Shown: positions 8,776 to 17,237 of the stretch, piece after piece | Layout: each line of letters starts with the position of its first letter | Position numbering within the stretch: the stretch's first letter is position 1 | Virus record (IMG/VR): IMGVR_UViG_3300048915_000124 | Location: 1-57,623 of that record | Length of the DNA stretch: 57,623 nt | Source of the DNA: a virus | Direction: 5' to 3' (one strand) | Translations under genes and position numbers: made by a program | The notes under the pieces: generated by a model | The model's database searches: none | What the model saw: the letters and a program-made list of their open reading frames with translations, nothing else | What the model was told of the DNA's origin: nothing

Positions 8776-9150
8776 GTGGCGTACGCGACGCAGCCACCCC
8801 ACCCGGGACGGCAGTCCCCACGCGGCGCCGCCTACCGCCGGGCCGTCGCCGAGGTCCGGGCGAGGGCCCTGGCCGGTGAGCCGTGCTGGTTCTGGCAGGT
8901 GCGCCCCGAATGCCCGGGCGGGTGGGACTGGACGCTCCCGACGAACGATGCGTGGGCGTTCACCGTGCACCATCTGCACCGGTTGATGGACGGCGGCGAG
9001 CCGGAGCCGGAGCCGGATCGGATGGCCCCGGCGCATCGGGGCTGTAACGCGTGGGATGGGCTGCGGGCGCAGAACGCGCGGCGGCGCGGCGAGGTGACGG
9101 CGCGGGCGGTGTCGGATCCGGCGCCGGAGCGGACGAGCCGCGCATGGTGA
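8776..9150 (+). CDS. HNH endonuclease (packaging-associated position)
   Basis: VHHLHRLMDGGEPEP...APAHRGCN HNH core. The last gene before the cos-like gap and terminase genes. GTG start at 8776 inside ORF 8602..9150. Confidence 0.8.
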   Translation: MAYATQPPHPGRQSPRGAAYRRAVAEVRARALAGEPCWFWQVRPECPGGWDWTLPTNDAWAFTVHHLHRLMDGGEPEPEPDRMAPAHRGCNAWDGLRAQNARRRGEVTARAVSDPAPERTSRAW

Positions 9151-9572
9151 CCTGCATAAAACGCGGGTGTTCATGCATGAAACGGTGCGGGTAGCGCAGT
9201 GTGACAGCGGCGTGGGCCAAAAGGGGGTAGTGACGTACCGTCACACCACAGTGGACAGTCCACTATGGACGTACGGCGTTCCACAGTGGACCGTAGGGCA
9301 CATAACCGCAGGTCAGAGGCATGATCGGGACAGCCGTCACGGTGCGTCACGTGACAGGTCACGATGTCTGGGGGGAGAGCACGGCGCGGCTTGCCGTTCG
9401 GGCCATGATCGCGGGAAAAACTGGCGATCTTTATACATGGTCTGTATAAGTGCAGGTCAGAGGCATGATCGTCCGCTCTTTCGCTCCACTATGGACTGAC
9501 CCAGTGTGACATCGATGCGCTTGCTTAGCGCGGTGCACACGCACAGCAACAGGTCACCGGGCGTAACGGTGC
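9151..9572. promoter_or_regulatory. non-coding, lower-GC, repeat-dense gap: candidate cos / terminase-recognition region
   Basis: Direct repeats: CAGTGTGACA (9197, 9502), CCACAGTGGAC (9246, 9281), TCCACTATGGAC (9259, 9485), and the 20-mer GCAGGTCAGAGGCATGATCG (9308, 9452). Palindromes: GTCACGTGAC (9346) and TTATACA-N5-TGTATAA (9431..9449). Confidence 0.55.
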
Positions 9573-9854
9573 CTAGGTTGCGGTGATCCGGATGACGTGC
9601 ATCTGCCAGGGATCAAGGATGAACCGGGGTGCCAGGATGTCCGGCGGTACGTCAAACCATCGGGCGATGTCCTGCTCGGTGATACAGATACCGGGCAGTG
9701 AGACGCAGAGTGTGCAGCGGCATCCCTCGATTGCGGTCTTGTCGGGGTCGGGTCGCCATCGCATCGCGTCGGCGCTGGTGGTGCCGTCGATCGCGTTGTC
9801 GATGAGTTCGAGGATGGTGTCGTGGCGTTGTTGGTCCACGTGCCGAGTATGCAC
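9573..9854 (-). CDS. hypothetical protein on the opposite strand between the cos-like gap and terS
   Basis: ORF track. Codons almost all end in G/C (..ILELIDNAIDGTTSADAMRWRPDPDK..). Start could also be the GTG at 9842. Confidence 0.55.
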   Translation of the reverse strand: MHTRHVDQQRHDTILELIDNAIDGTTSADAMRWRPDPDKTAIEGCRCTLCVSLPGICITEQDIARWFDVPPDILAPRFILDPWQMHVIRITAT

Positions 9855-9859
9855 GGGCG

Positions 9860-10261
9860 GTGACGAGGGTGGGTGGTCCGGTGGTTGACGACGCTGCGAC
9901 GCGGGCCCGGCGAAGCAGGGCGCACGCCCGGGGTGACCACACGTTGTGCCTGCCGGACCGGTGCGATGAGGCCGGCGGGGTGCCTCCGGTTGGTGGCGGG
10001 GTGGAGGCGGCGACCCGTGCCCTGGTCACCGAGCTGGGGAAACTGTCGGTACGGCAGGCGGTGGATGCGGAGGCGGCGATCCGGCTGGCTGGGTTGATCG
10101 ACTCGGAGCGGGACGGGTCGAAGGCGGCGGCGTTGTCGCGGGAGTTGCGGCAGGTGGTGACGGGGTTGTCGTCGGTGTTGGGGTCGGGTCGGGTTGATCC
10201 GATTACCCGGATCCAGGATGAGGTCGCGGCGAAGCGGCGGGCGCGCGAGCAGGGTGCGTGA
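9860..10261 (+). CDS. terS: terminase small subunit (by position and composition)
   Basis: 133-aa basic/helical protein immediately upstream of, and overlapping (GTGA), the large terminase gene. Confidence 0.55.
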   Translation: MTRVGGPVVDDAATRARRSRAHARGDHTLCLPDRCDEAGGVPPVGGGVEAATRALVTELGKLSVRQAVDAEAAIRLAGLIDSERDGSKAAALSRELRQVVTGLSSVLGSGRVDPITRIQDEVAAKRRAREQGA

Positions 10262-11805
10262 GCGCACCGTCGCCGGTGCTCGTCGGCCGGCAGGACCCGA
10301 CGTTCCTGTGGGTACCACCCCACGACTACTCGCTCGGCTCGGAGGTCATCGACCTGGCGGCGGCGGCGGGTCTGGTGCTCGACCCGTGGGAGCGGCTACT
10401 CGTCCGGTTGGCGTGCGCGGTGGATCCGGTGGGTGCGTGGCTGTGCTTCGAGGTCGCGATCATCGTGTCCCGGCAGAACGGGAAGGGCGTTGTCCTCCAA
10501 GCGCTTGAGTTGGCGTGGCTGTTCCTGTTCGGCGACCGGCTGATCATTCACTCGGCGCACCTGTTCGAGACGAGCCGTGAGCATTTCCTGCGGATGCAGG
10601 CGTTGATCCGCGACAACGACGACTTCTCGCGGCGGGTGCGGCGGATGCGGGAGGGCCGCGGCTCGGAGGAGATCGAACTCGTTGGTGGGCAGCGGTTGAA
10701 GTTCATGACCCGGGCCGGTGGTGCGGGCCGTGGGTTCACCGGCAACAAGGTCGTGTTGGACGAGGCCATGTATCTCGATGCGGCGATGATGGCCGCGTCG
10801 CTGCCCACCTTGGCGACGGTCCCGAACGCGCAGGTGGTGTACACGGGGTCGGCGGGGTGGAAGAGGTCGACACAACTGGCGCAGGTCCGGCAGCGTGGCT
10901 ACGCCCGGAACGACCCGTCGTTGATGTTCGCGGAGTGGGCGGCCGAGAAGCCGGTGTTCGACGCCTTGGGCGAGTTGGTCGCTGGTGATGATCCGGCGGC
11001 GGAGTCGACGTGGCGGAAGACGAACCCGGGGACGGGGATCCGCATCACGGCGGGCTACATCCGTAAGGAGATGGCCGCGCTGGGTGGGCCCCGGTCGCCG
11101 GAGTTCTGGCGGGAACGCCTCGGGATCGGTGACTGGCCCCTCGAAGACGAGACGTGGGAGGTCATCGATAAGCCGTCGTGGCAGGCCCGCGCTGATCCGG
11201 CGAGTCAGATCGTCGACGGCGGGGCGATCGCCCTCGCCATCGACGCGGATCCGGATCGGGCGATGGGCACGGTCGGGGTGTGTGGGTTGCGGGCGGATGG
11301 CCGCCGGCATCTTGAGGTGATTGAACGGCATCGGGGTACGGGCTGGATCGAGAATGCGGTTATGGCGCCGCCGGCCATGCGCCGGGAGGGTCAGCGCAGC
11401 GAAGACCTCAAGGACTGGGAACAGGCGGTCGTGGACCGGATGGCCGACTTGAAGGCCCGGTACCGGGTGTGCGCGGTGGCGGTGTTGAAGACGGCGGCGG
11501 CGGCGTCGCTGATCACTGCGCTTGTGCGGGCTGGTCTGCCGGTGCAGACACCGTCGGAGACGCAGTACGCGCAGGCGTGCGGGTCGCTGTTCGAGGCGGT
11601 CGTCGATAAGGACACCGTGACCCATTTGGATCAGCCGTCGGTGAACGCGGCGGTGGGTGGTGGCCGGAAACGGACGACGGTGGAGGGCGGCTGGCGGTGG
11701 TCGCGGTCCTCGCCGGTCGACGCCGCGCCGATCGTGGTGGAGACGTTGGCGCTGTGGGCGTTTGAGGAGTTCGGAAGTCGAGTGCCCCGATCGAAGGTGT
11801 GGTGA
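10258..11805 (+). CDS. terL: terminase large subunit
   Basis: P-loop-like IIVSRQNGKGVV, Walker-B-like KVVLDEAMY. Size of 515 aa and a C-terminal nuclease-like half. Confidence 0.9.
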   Translation: MSAPSPVLVGRQDPTFLWVPPHDYSLGSEVIDLAAAAGLVLDPWERLLVRLACAVDPVGAWLCFEVAIIVSRQNGKGVVLQALELAWLFLFGDRLIIHSAHLFETSREHFLRMQALIRDNDDFSRRVRRMREGRGSEEIELVGGQRLKFMTRAGGAGRGFTGNKVVLDEAMYLDAAMMAASLPTLATVPNAQVVYTGSAGWKRSTQLAQVRQRGYARNDPSLMFAEWAAEKPVFDALGELVAGDDPAAESTWRKTNPGTGIRITAGYIRKEMAALGGPRSPEFWRERLGIGDWPLEDETWEVIDKPSWQARADPASQIVDGGAIALAIDADPDRAMGTVGVCGLRADGRRHLEVIERHRGTGWIENAVMAPPAMRREGQRSEDLKDWEQAVVDRMADLKARYRVCAVAVLKTAAAASLITALVRAGLPVQTPSETQYAQACGSLFEAVVDKDTVTHLDQPSVNAAVGGGRKRTTVEGGWRWSRSSPVDAAPIVVETLALWAFEEFGSRVPRSKVW

Positions 11806-12068
11806 GCGTAGTGGGTGTGATGGTCGACGAGCGGCCGGAACCGTTCTTCGGGTTGGCGTCGGAGCCGGAGCCGCCGCGTCCGCCTCGGCGTCGGGTGCGC
11901 GGGTTGCAGGTCCGTGCGGTGCCGTCGTGGCCGCTGCTCGCCCAACTGGCCGGCGGTGTCGCGGCGCTGGTCGGGGTTTATCAGGAGTGGGGTTCGCCGG
12001 TGGCGTTGATGGTCGGTGGTGTCGCGGCGGTGCTGGTCGGCGCGCTGCGTGAGGCCGGGAAGGTCTAG
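11799..12068 (+). CDS. hypothetical membrane protein
   Basis: Two hydrophobic helices (LLAQLAGGVAALVGVY, VALMVGGVAAVLVGAL). Alternative ATG at 11820. Confidence 0.5.
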   Translation: MVSVVGVMVDERPEPFFGLASEPEPPRPPRRRVRGLQVRAVPSWPLLAQLAGGVAALVGVYQEWGSPVALMVGGVAAVLVGALREAGKV

Positions 12069-12070
12069 AC

Positions 12071-12268
12071 GTGGATGCCATGTGGCACAAGACCGACCAG
12101 CCTGGTGTATACGAAGCGGCGCTACCTGCCGAGTGGCTTAGCGATCTCGGCATCAGCGTCGTCACCTGTGACTATCTCCCCGGCGACGAAGTACTCGTGT
12201 ACTCACCCCCCGATCCCGAGATAGACGTTCCACTTGAGCAGCGCGTGATGAAGATCAAGGGGATCTAG
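12071..12268 (+). CDS. hypothetical 65-aa protein in a lower-GC 200-bp cassette
   Basis: ORF track. Bounded on both sides by the identical 11-mer TCTAGACGTGG (12064 and 12264), which supplies the stop and GTG start at each junction. Confidence 0.5.
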   Translation: MDAMWHKTDQPGVYEAALPAEWLSDLGISVVTCDYLPGDEVLVYSPPDPEIDVPLEQRVMKIKGI

Positions 12269-12270
12269 AC

Positions 12271-13662
12271 GTGGGGTTGGGCCGGCTGTTCGAGACGCGG
12301 TCGACGCAGATCACCGCGACCGACACCGTGTCCGGCGTGTCGCAAACCTATGTGATCACCGACAACATCGCCCCCGACTGGGCGTCGGCGTCGTACCGGG
12401 GTGCCCTGTCCATCCCGGGCCTGTCGCGGGGCGCGACGCTGCTCGCCGGCCTGTTGGGGCAGGCACCGTGGGACGCGTACCGGCAGCCGCTCGGGCAGCC
12501 CGAGGTGAAGCTCCAGCCGTGCCCGCCGCTGTTGGATCAGATGAACCCGCCGGACACCCGGATGACTTCATTCACGTCCCTCGCGTTGGACAAGATCCTG
12601 CACGGGAACGGGGTCGCGATCATCGCGGCGCGGAACCCGCTGGGCTGGCCAACCGCCGCGATCCCCGTCGACGCGCAGTACGTCGGGGTCCGCCGGGTCA
12701 CGAAGTGGATCGACTCGCCGTTCCCGATCGGCGCGCTCGAATACTCGATCGGGGAGATGCGTCTCGGCTCCCAGGATGTGATTCATATCAAGGGTCCGTG
12801 TGACCCGAACGGGGTCCGTGGGATGGGTGTGTTGGAACTGCACCTGAACACGTTGCAGTTGGCGCAGGATTTGGGCCGGCAGGCCCGGTCGATTTCCCAG
12901 CATGGCGTCCCGACGGGGGTGTTGGAATCGTCGAACCCGGACCTGACCGACGACGAGGCCCACGAGTTGAAGGCGTCGTGGCTGCGGAACCAGCAGGACC
13001 GGACGGTCGCGGTGACGAACGCGACGACGAAGTTCACCCCGTTGGCGTGGAACCCGGAACAGATGCAGCTCGTTGAGGCCCGCCGGATGTCGCTGTCCGA
13101 ACTGGAACTGGTGCTGGGTCTGCCGCCGGGCTGGTTGGGTGGCATGAACTCCGCCCGGCAGTACAGCAACATCGAGCAGGACGCGGTGAACCTGCTGAAG
13201 TTCTCGTTGGGTGACCACCTCGCGCAGTTCGAGCAGACCTTGTCCCTCGCGCTGCCGCGCGGCACGGTGGCCCGCGCGAACCTCGACTTCCTGCTGCGCA
13301 CCGACACGCTGACCCGGTACCAGGCCCACGCCATCGCCCTCGAAAACGGCTTCCTCACGGTGGATGAGGTCCGTGACATCGAGCACCGGGAGCCCCTCGC
13401 GAACACGGGTGAGGGCGACGGCGACCCTGCGCACGCCCGCATGTTGGCCGAGATTTTGCGGTTCTTGCAGATGGCGGTCGACAAGGTCGTCACGGCGGAG
13501 GAGGCCCGCGCGATTTTGAACGAGGCCGGCGCGAACCTGCCACCCGGGCCGATGCCGAAACCTGCCGCCGGCACGTTGGTCCCGACCGCGCTCGCCCCGT
13601 TCACGCCCGGTGCCGCGCCGGCACCAACCCCCAATGGAAGCGGAAATGGAGGCCCGTCGTGA
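12271..13662 (+). CDS. portal protein
   Basis: 463 aa in the canonical slot after terL and before the prohead protease. HK97-type portal-like sequence (..LDKILHGNGVAIIAARNP..). Called by position and general resemblance. Confidence 0.8.
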   Translation: MGLGRLFETRSTQITATDTVSGVSQTYVITDNIAPDWASASYRGALSIPGLSRGATLLAGLLGQAPWDAYRQPLGQPEVKLQPCPPLLDQMNPPDTRMTSFTSLALDKILHGNGVAIIAARNPLGWPTAAIPVDAQYVGVRRVTKWIDSPFPIGALEYSIGEMRLGSQDVIHIKGPCDPNGVRGMGVLELHLNTLQLAQDLGRQARSISQHGVPTGVLESSNPDLTDDEAHELKASWLRNQQDRTVAVTNATTKFTPLAWNPEQMQLVEARRMSLSELELVLGLPPGWLGGMNSARQYSNIEQDAVNLLKFSLGDHLAQFEQTLSLALPRGTVARANLDFLLRTDTLTRYQAHAIALENGFLTVDEVRDIEHREPLANTGEGDGDPAHARMLAEILRFLQMAVDKVVTAEEARAILNEAGANLPPGPMPKPAAGTLVPTALAPFTPGAAPAPTPNGSGNGGPS

Positions 13663-14018
13663 CGACGAAGCCGAAGGTTGAACCGGAGCCCGTCGTGGCC
13701 TACGAGACGTGGACGGCCGAGGAACTCCGCGACGAACTGCACGACCGGAAGTTGCCGACCGGGGGGAACAAGCCTGATCTGGTGGCCCGGTTGCAGGAGT
13801 CCGACGCTGCCCCGCCGGAGTCGGCCGCGCCGATGGTCGACGGTGACGTGCCCGTCAAGACCGTCGGGAAGTCCACGTCCCGGCAGCCGGCGGAGGACTT
13901 CTGCGTCGTCGACGACGGGACGGGGCACTACGCGGATGGCCGGGCGATCCCCGGGACGAAAGTCTGCTCGGCGCATGAGATGCACTACTTCCGCGACGGC
14001 ACCCGCCGGGGGGCCTGA
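13659..14018 (+). CDS. SAP-domain protein
   Basis: WTAEELRDELHDRKLPTGGNKPDLVARLQE matches the SAP helix-extended-helix motif. GTGA overlap with the portal gene. Confidence 0.65.
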   Translation: MTTKPKVEPEPVVAYETWTAEELRDELHDRKLPTGGNKPDLVARLQESDAAPPESAAPMVDGDVPVKTVGKSTSRQPAEDFCVVDDGTGHYADGRAIPGTKVCSAHEMHYFRDGTRRGA

Positions 14019-14053
14019 CCGCGCGGTAGTGGTTCGTAAAGTAGTATTTAAAT

Positions 14054-14677
14054 ATGCCAGACGAACGTGCGCTAGACATCGCCTGGGCCGCTGGGCTCTT
14101 TGAAGGCGAAGGATCGTTCCGTTTCTCACGCGACACCCGACGGCGTGGCAAAGAGTACGTAAGCGTTGGTATGGGCCTGACCATGGCCGATGAAGACGTT
14201 GTCCGAAGGTTCGCCGAGATCGTTGGATGCGGCACAGTCGCTCCGCGATCTCCGCGTAAGGCCCACTGGAAACCCCAATGGCAGTGGACCGTCTGCAACG
14301 TTGCTGAGACGGTCGTGCTCAGTGAGATGTTCCGGCCCTACCTGGGTAAACGCCGGACGGCTCGGCTGGACGAGATCCTCGCTGAGGTCCAGGCGACAGG
14401 GGCCGGCGCTAATCGGTACTTGGGGAAGCGCTGCTGGGATCTGTACGGCAAGCGCTACCGGGATCTTACCGATGAGGAACGGCGACGCTATCACCGCGAA
14501 CACCAGCGCGAACTGACCGGTTCCGATCCGGAGTGGTACAAGCGCAGCCGATGTTGGGAGCTATTCGGTAAGCGCTACCGGGACCTTACCGATGAGGAGC
14601 ATCGCCAGTATCACGCGCTTCGGTCACGTGAAGCACTTGACCGGCGGCGCAGGCGGAAGGTCGAGCAGATGGACTAA
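14054..14677 (+). CDS. free-standing LAGLIDADG homing endonuclease
   Basis: DIAWAAGLFEGEGSF LAGLIDADG motif. Visibly lower G+C than its neighbours and an AT-rich leader (GTAGTATTTAAATATG). Inserted between the portal and protease genes. Confidence 0.75.
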   Translation: MPDERALDIAWAAGLFEGEGSFRFSRDTRRRGKEYVSVGMGLTMADEDVVRRFAEIVGCGTVAPRSPRKAHWKPQWQWTVCNVAETVVLSEMFRPYLGKRRTARLDEILAEVQATGAGANRYLGKRCWDLYGKRYRDLTDEERRRYHREHQRELTGSDPEWYKRSRCWELFGKRYRDLTDEEHRQYHALRSREALDRRRRRKVEQMD

Positions 14678-14691
14678 GGAGAGGTGCGGCG

Positions 14692-15651
14692 ATGGCCGTC
14701 TCTGACAAGCCGTGGAGCCAGTTCGCTGAGAGCGACTACACGATCGCACAATGGCGGCAGGCGTGTCTGATCGACACGGGAGTCGGAGACCTGGACAGCA
14801 AGTCGAGGTACAAGCTCCCCGTAAAAGAGCCAAATGGCGCAATCAACCGGGCGGCCGTCCACGCGGCGGCGGCTGGGCATGGGGTCGCCGCCGTGCGGGG
14901 GATCTCGTCGGACATGCGGCAGGCGTGCGCGAAAACGTTGGTGGGGTTGTACCGCAACGAGTTGGGCGAGGATCCGCCCGAAGGGTTGATGACGATGGCT
15001 GGGATGCGCAGCGGTGACCCGTCGGCGGTGGTGGATACGACGACGCCGCTGTACCGGTCGTTCACCCCGGACTTGGAGGTCCGTGCGGGTGGGGATGGGC
15101 GGACGGTGTTCGGGATCGCCGTGCCGTGGAACGCGCCGACCCGCATCGACGACGTGTTGGTGGAGCAGTTCGCGCGGGGCGCGTTCTCGCATCAGTTGCG
15201 GTCGGCGTCGCGGGTGAAGTTCGAGCGGGAGCACGTCGAACTGGGTGGGACGTTGATCGGCGCGTTGTCGTTGATGCGTGACGACCCGGCCGGTCTGTAT
15301 GTGGAGATGCGGGCGTCGCGGACGCCGGTGGGCGACGAAACCCTCGAATTGATCAAAGACGGTGCCCTGGACCAACTGTCGATCAAGTTCCGGGAGCGGC
15401 AGAACCGGAAGCTGGCGGGTGGCATCACCGAACGGGTCCGGGCGGACCTCGCAGCGGTCGCGGTGGTGATGGAAGGCGCCTACGGCCATCTTGCGACAAC
15501 GGCGGGGGTCCGGTCGGCGCAGGTCCCGCAGGCCGCCCTCGATTTGGAGTTGCGCGCGGCGGCGGAAGAGTTCCTCGTCGGCGACGCGTTGCCGCAGTTG
15601 CGGGACTACGAGTTGGAGATCAGGGCGATCCGTCTGGGTCTGCCGTTCTGA
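14692..15651 (+). CDS. prohead (capsid maturation) protease, HK97/S78 type, with N-terminal extension
   Basis: VFGIAVPWNAPTRIDD..EQFARGAFSHQL, FEREH, LDQLSIKFRE resemble the HK97 protease core. Located between the portal and capsid genes. Confidence 0.8.
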   Translation: MAVSDKPWSQFAESDYTIAQWRQACLIDTGVGDLDSKSRYKLPVKEPNGAINRAAVHAAAAGHGVAAVRGISSDMRQACAKTLVGLYRNELGEDPPEGLMTMAGMRSGDPSAVVDTTTPLYRSFTPDLEVRAGGDGRTVFGIAVPWNAPTRIDDVLVEQFARGAFSHQLRSASRVKFEREHVELGGTLIGALSLMRDDPAGLYVEMRASRTPVGDETLELIKDGALDQLSIKFRERQNRKLAGGITERVRADLAAVAVVMEGAYGHLATTAGVRSAQVPQAALDLELRAAAEEFLVGDALPQLRDYELEIRAIRLGLPF

Positions 15652-15807
15652 TATCGTTGTAGATCAACACGTGAACGTTGCTGGACACCGGCCCCCTCGC
15701 CTCTCAACGCGGCCACCCCGGCAGTTGCCGGCCCCACCGCCTGTTCGACGCGAGCCCCCCGGTCACTCGGAGCTTTCTATTTCCTGGTGACCCGAGAGGG
15801 GTCTGGC

Positions 15808-17220
15808 ATGGCCGAGAATCCGTATCTGAAAGCGCTGAACGAGCAGTACACGACCCTGCAAAAGTCGATCACGGGGTTGCAGTCGCGGGCGAAGGAAGCG
15901 AACCGGGACCTGACGAACGAGGAACTCCGCAGCGTCATCGAGCAGGGCGAGAAAGCGAAGTCCCTGTTCACACAGATCGAGGACCTGTCCGAGATCGAGT
16001 TGCGGAACGCGAAGGTCGCGGCGATGAACGACCGGGTCCAGTCGGCGATCACCGCCGGGACGCAGCCGGGCGGCGACGGCGGCGACGGCGACGACCAGGG
16101 CGGCGACCAGTCAGGTGGGGACGGCCCGGTCGGTGACCCGGCGTTCCGCAAGCTCGGCGGCGGCCGGACCCTGGACCGCGACCCGGGCACGTACACCCGC
16201 GGCGGGCAGCATTCGTTCGTGTCCGACCAGTACCGGGCGTCGAAGATGGGCGACAAGGCGGCGGCGGAGCGGCTGAACCGGTACACCGTGACGATGGTGG
16301 CCCGGGCGCAGTCCGATCCGCAGTTGCGTGCCGTGCTCGGTGCGGGCGCGACGACGCTGGGCGCGGGTCTGGTGCCGCCGGTGTGGCTGGCGGAGGACTT
16401 CGCGCCGGTGATGCACAAGCGGCTGCGGCTGGCGAAGGCGCTGCGGCAGGTGCCATGGGCGGGGCCATTCGCGTGGACAATCCCCGTCGCCGGGACCGTC
16501 GCGAAGACATCCAGCACCGTTGAGGGTGTCAACACGACGATCACGAACCCGGGCTACGGGACGATCACCGTGACGCCGACGGACATCACCGGGTTCACCG
16601 AAGTGTCGCGGCAGATGCTCGAAGCGAGCAACCCGGCCGTCGACGCGGTGATCTGGGGCGACATGCTCGGCGACTTCTACGACAACTGCGAGATCCTCGT
16701 GATCGCCGCGCTGGTCGCGGTGGCGGGCGCGAACACGGCGACGGTGTCGGCGGGTGTGCTCACCACGACGGACATCATGGCGCAGCGGGCCGGCATCCTC
16801 GACGGGATCGTCGCGATCGCCGACGCGCCGGCCGGCGACCCGGACCTGTTCGTCGGCACGTCCGCGCGGTGGGCGTCGTACCTGAAACTGACGGACACGA
16901 CGGGTCGTCCGCTGATCCTGGCGCAGGCGTACCCGGCGATGAACCCGATCGGTCAGGGTGACTTGGGTGCCGCGTTCAACAACCCGTTCCAGGGCCGCTT
17001 GGAGTCCCTGAACGTGGTCACGTCGCCGTCGGTGGCGGCGTCGTCGGGCTTCATTCTCAACAGCCAGGAACACCTGTTCAGCGTCAGCCCGCCGATGCAG
17101 TTCCAGTTCGAGCAGCCGGTCGGGCCGGCGCTGGTGCGGATCGGTGTGTGGGGCTATGAGGCGGTCACGTTCGCGCGCCGCCCGAAGGCCATCACGAAGC
17201 TCGCCTACTCGGGTAGCTGA
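15808..17220 (+). CDS. major capsid protein, HK97 fold, with coiled-coil delta domain
   Basis: ATG after GAGAGGGG. N-terminal coiled coil and a Gly/Asp linker (GGDGGDGDDQGGDQSGGDG), then a ~330-aa body. Follows the protease gene. Confidence 0.8.
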   Translation: MAENPYLKALNEQYTTLQKSITGLQSRAKEANRDLTNEELRSVIEQGEKAKSLFTQIEDLSEIELRNAKVAAMNDRVQSAITAGTQPGGDGGDGDDQGGDQSGGDGPVGDPAFRKLGGGRTLDRDPGTYTRGGQHSFVSDQYRASKMGDKAAAERLNRYTVTMVARAQSDPQLRAVLGAGATTLGAGLVPPVWLAEDFAPVMHKRLRLAKALRQVPWAGPFAWTIPVAGTVAKTSSTVEGVNTTITNPGYGTITVTPTDITGFTEVSRQMLEASNPAVDAVIWGDMLGDFYDNCEILVIAALVAVAGANTATVSAGVLTTTDIMAQRAGILDGIVAIADAPAGDPDLFVGTSARWASYLKLTDTTGRPLILAQAYPAMNPIGQGDLGAAFNNPFQGRLESLNVVTSPSVAASSGFILNSQEHLFSVSPPMQFQFEQPVGPALVRIGVWGYEAVTFARRPKAITKLAYSGS

Positions 17221-17237
17221 GACGGAAGGGTCCACGG

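Noticed and set aside
9167-9499. 110-aa ORF inside the HNH-TerS gap.
   Set aside because: It lies in the lower-GC, repeat-dense region and shows no G/C third-position bias. The repeats fall in it without regard to frame. It is better explained as a non-coding cos/packaging region.
10396-12165. 589-aa ORF antisense to the terminase large subunit. Similar long ORFs include 5154..6533(-), 2007..3311(-), 22628..23809(-), 53706..55115(+) and 32612..33889(+).
   Set aside because: They are Arg/Pro/Gly-rich and low-complexity. They lie antisense to, or out of frame with, confidently recognised genes. Stop-free alternative frames like these are expected in very G+C-rich DNA.
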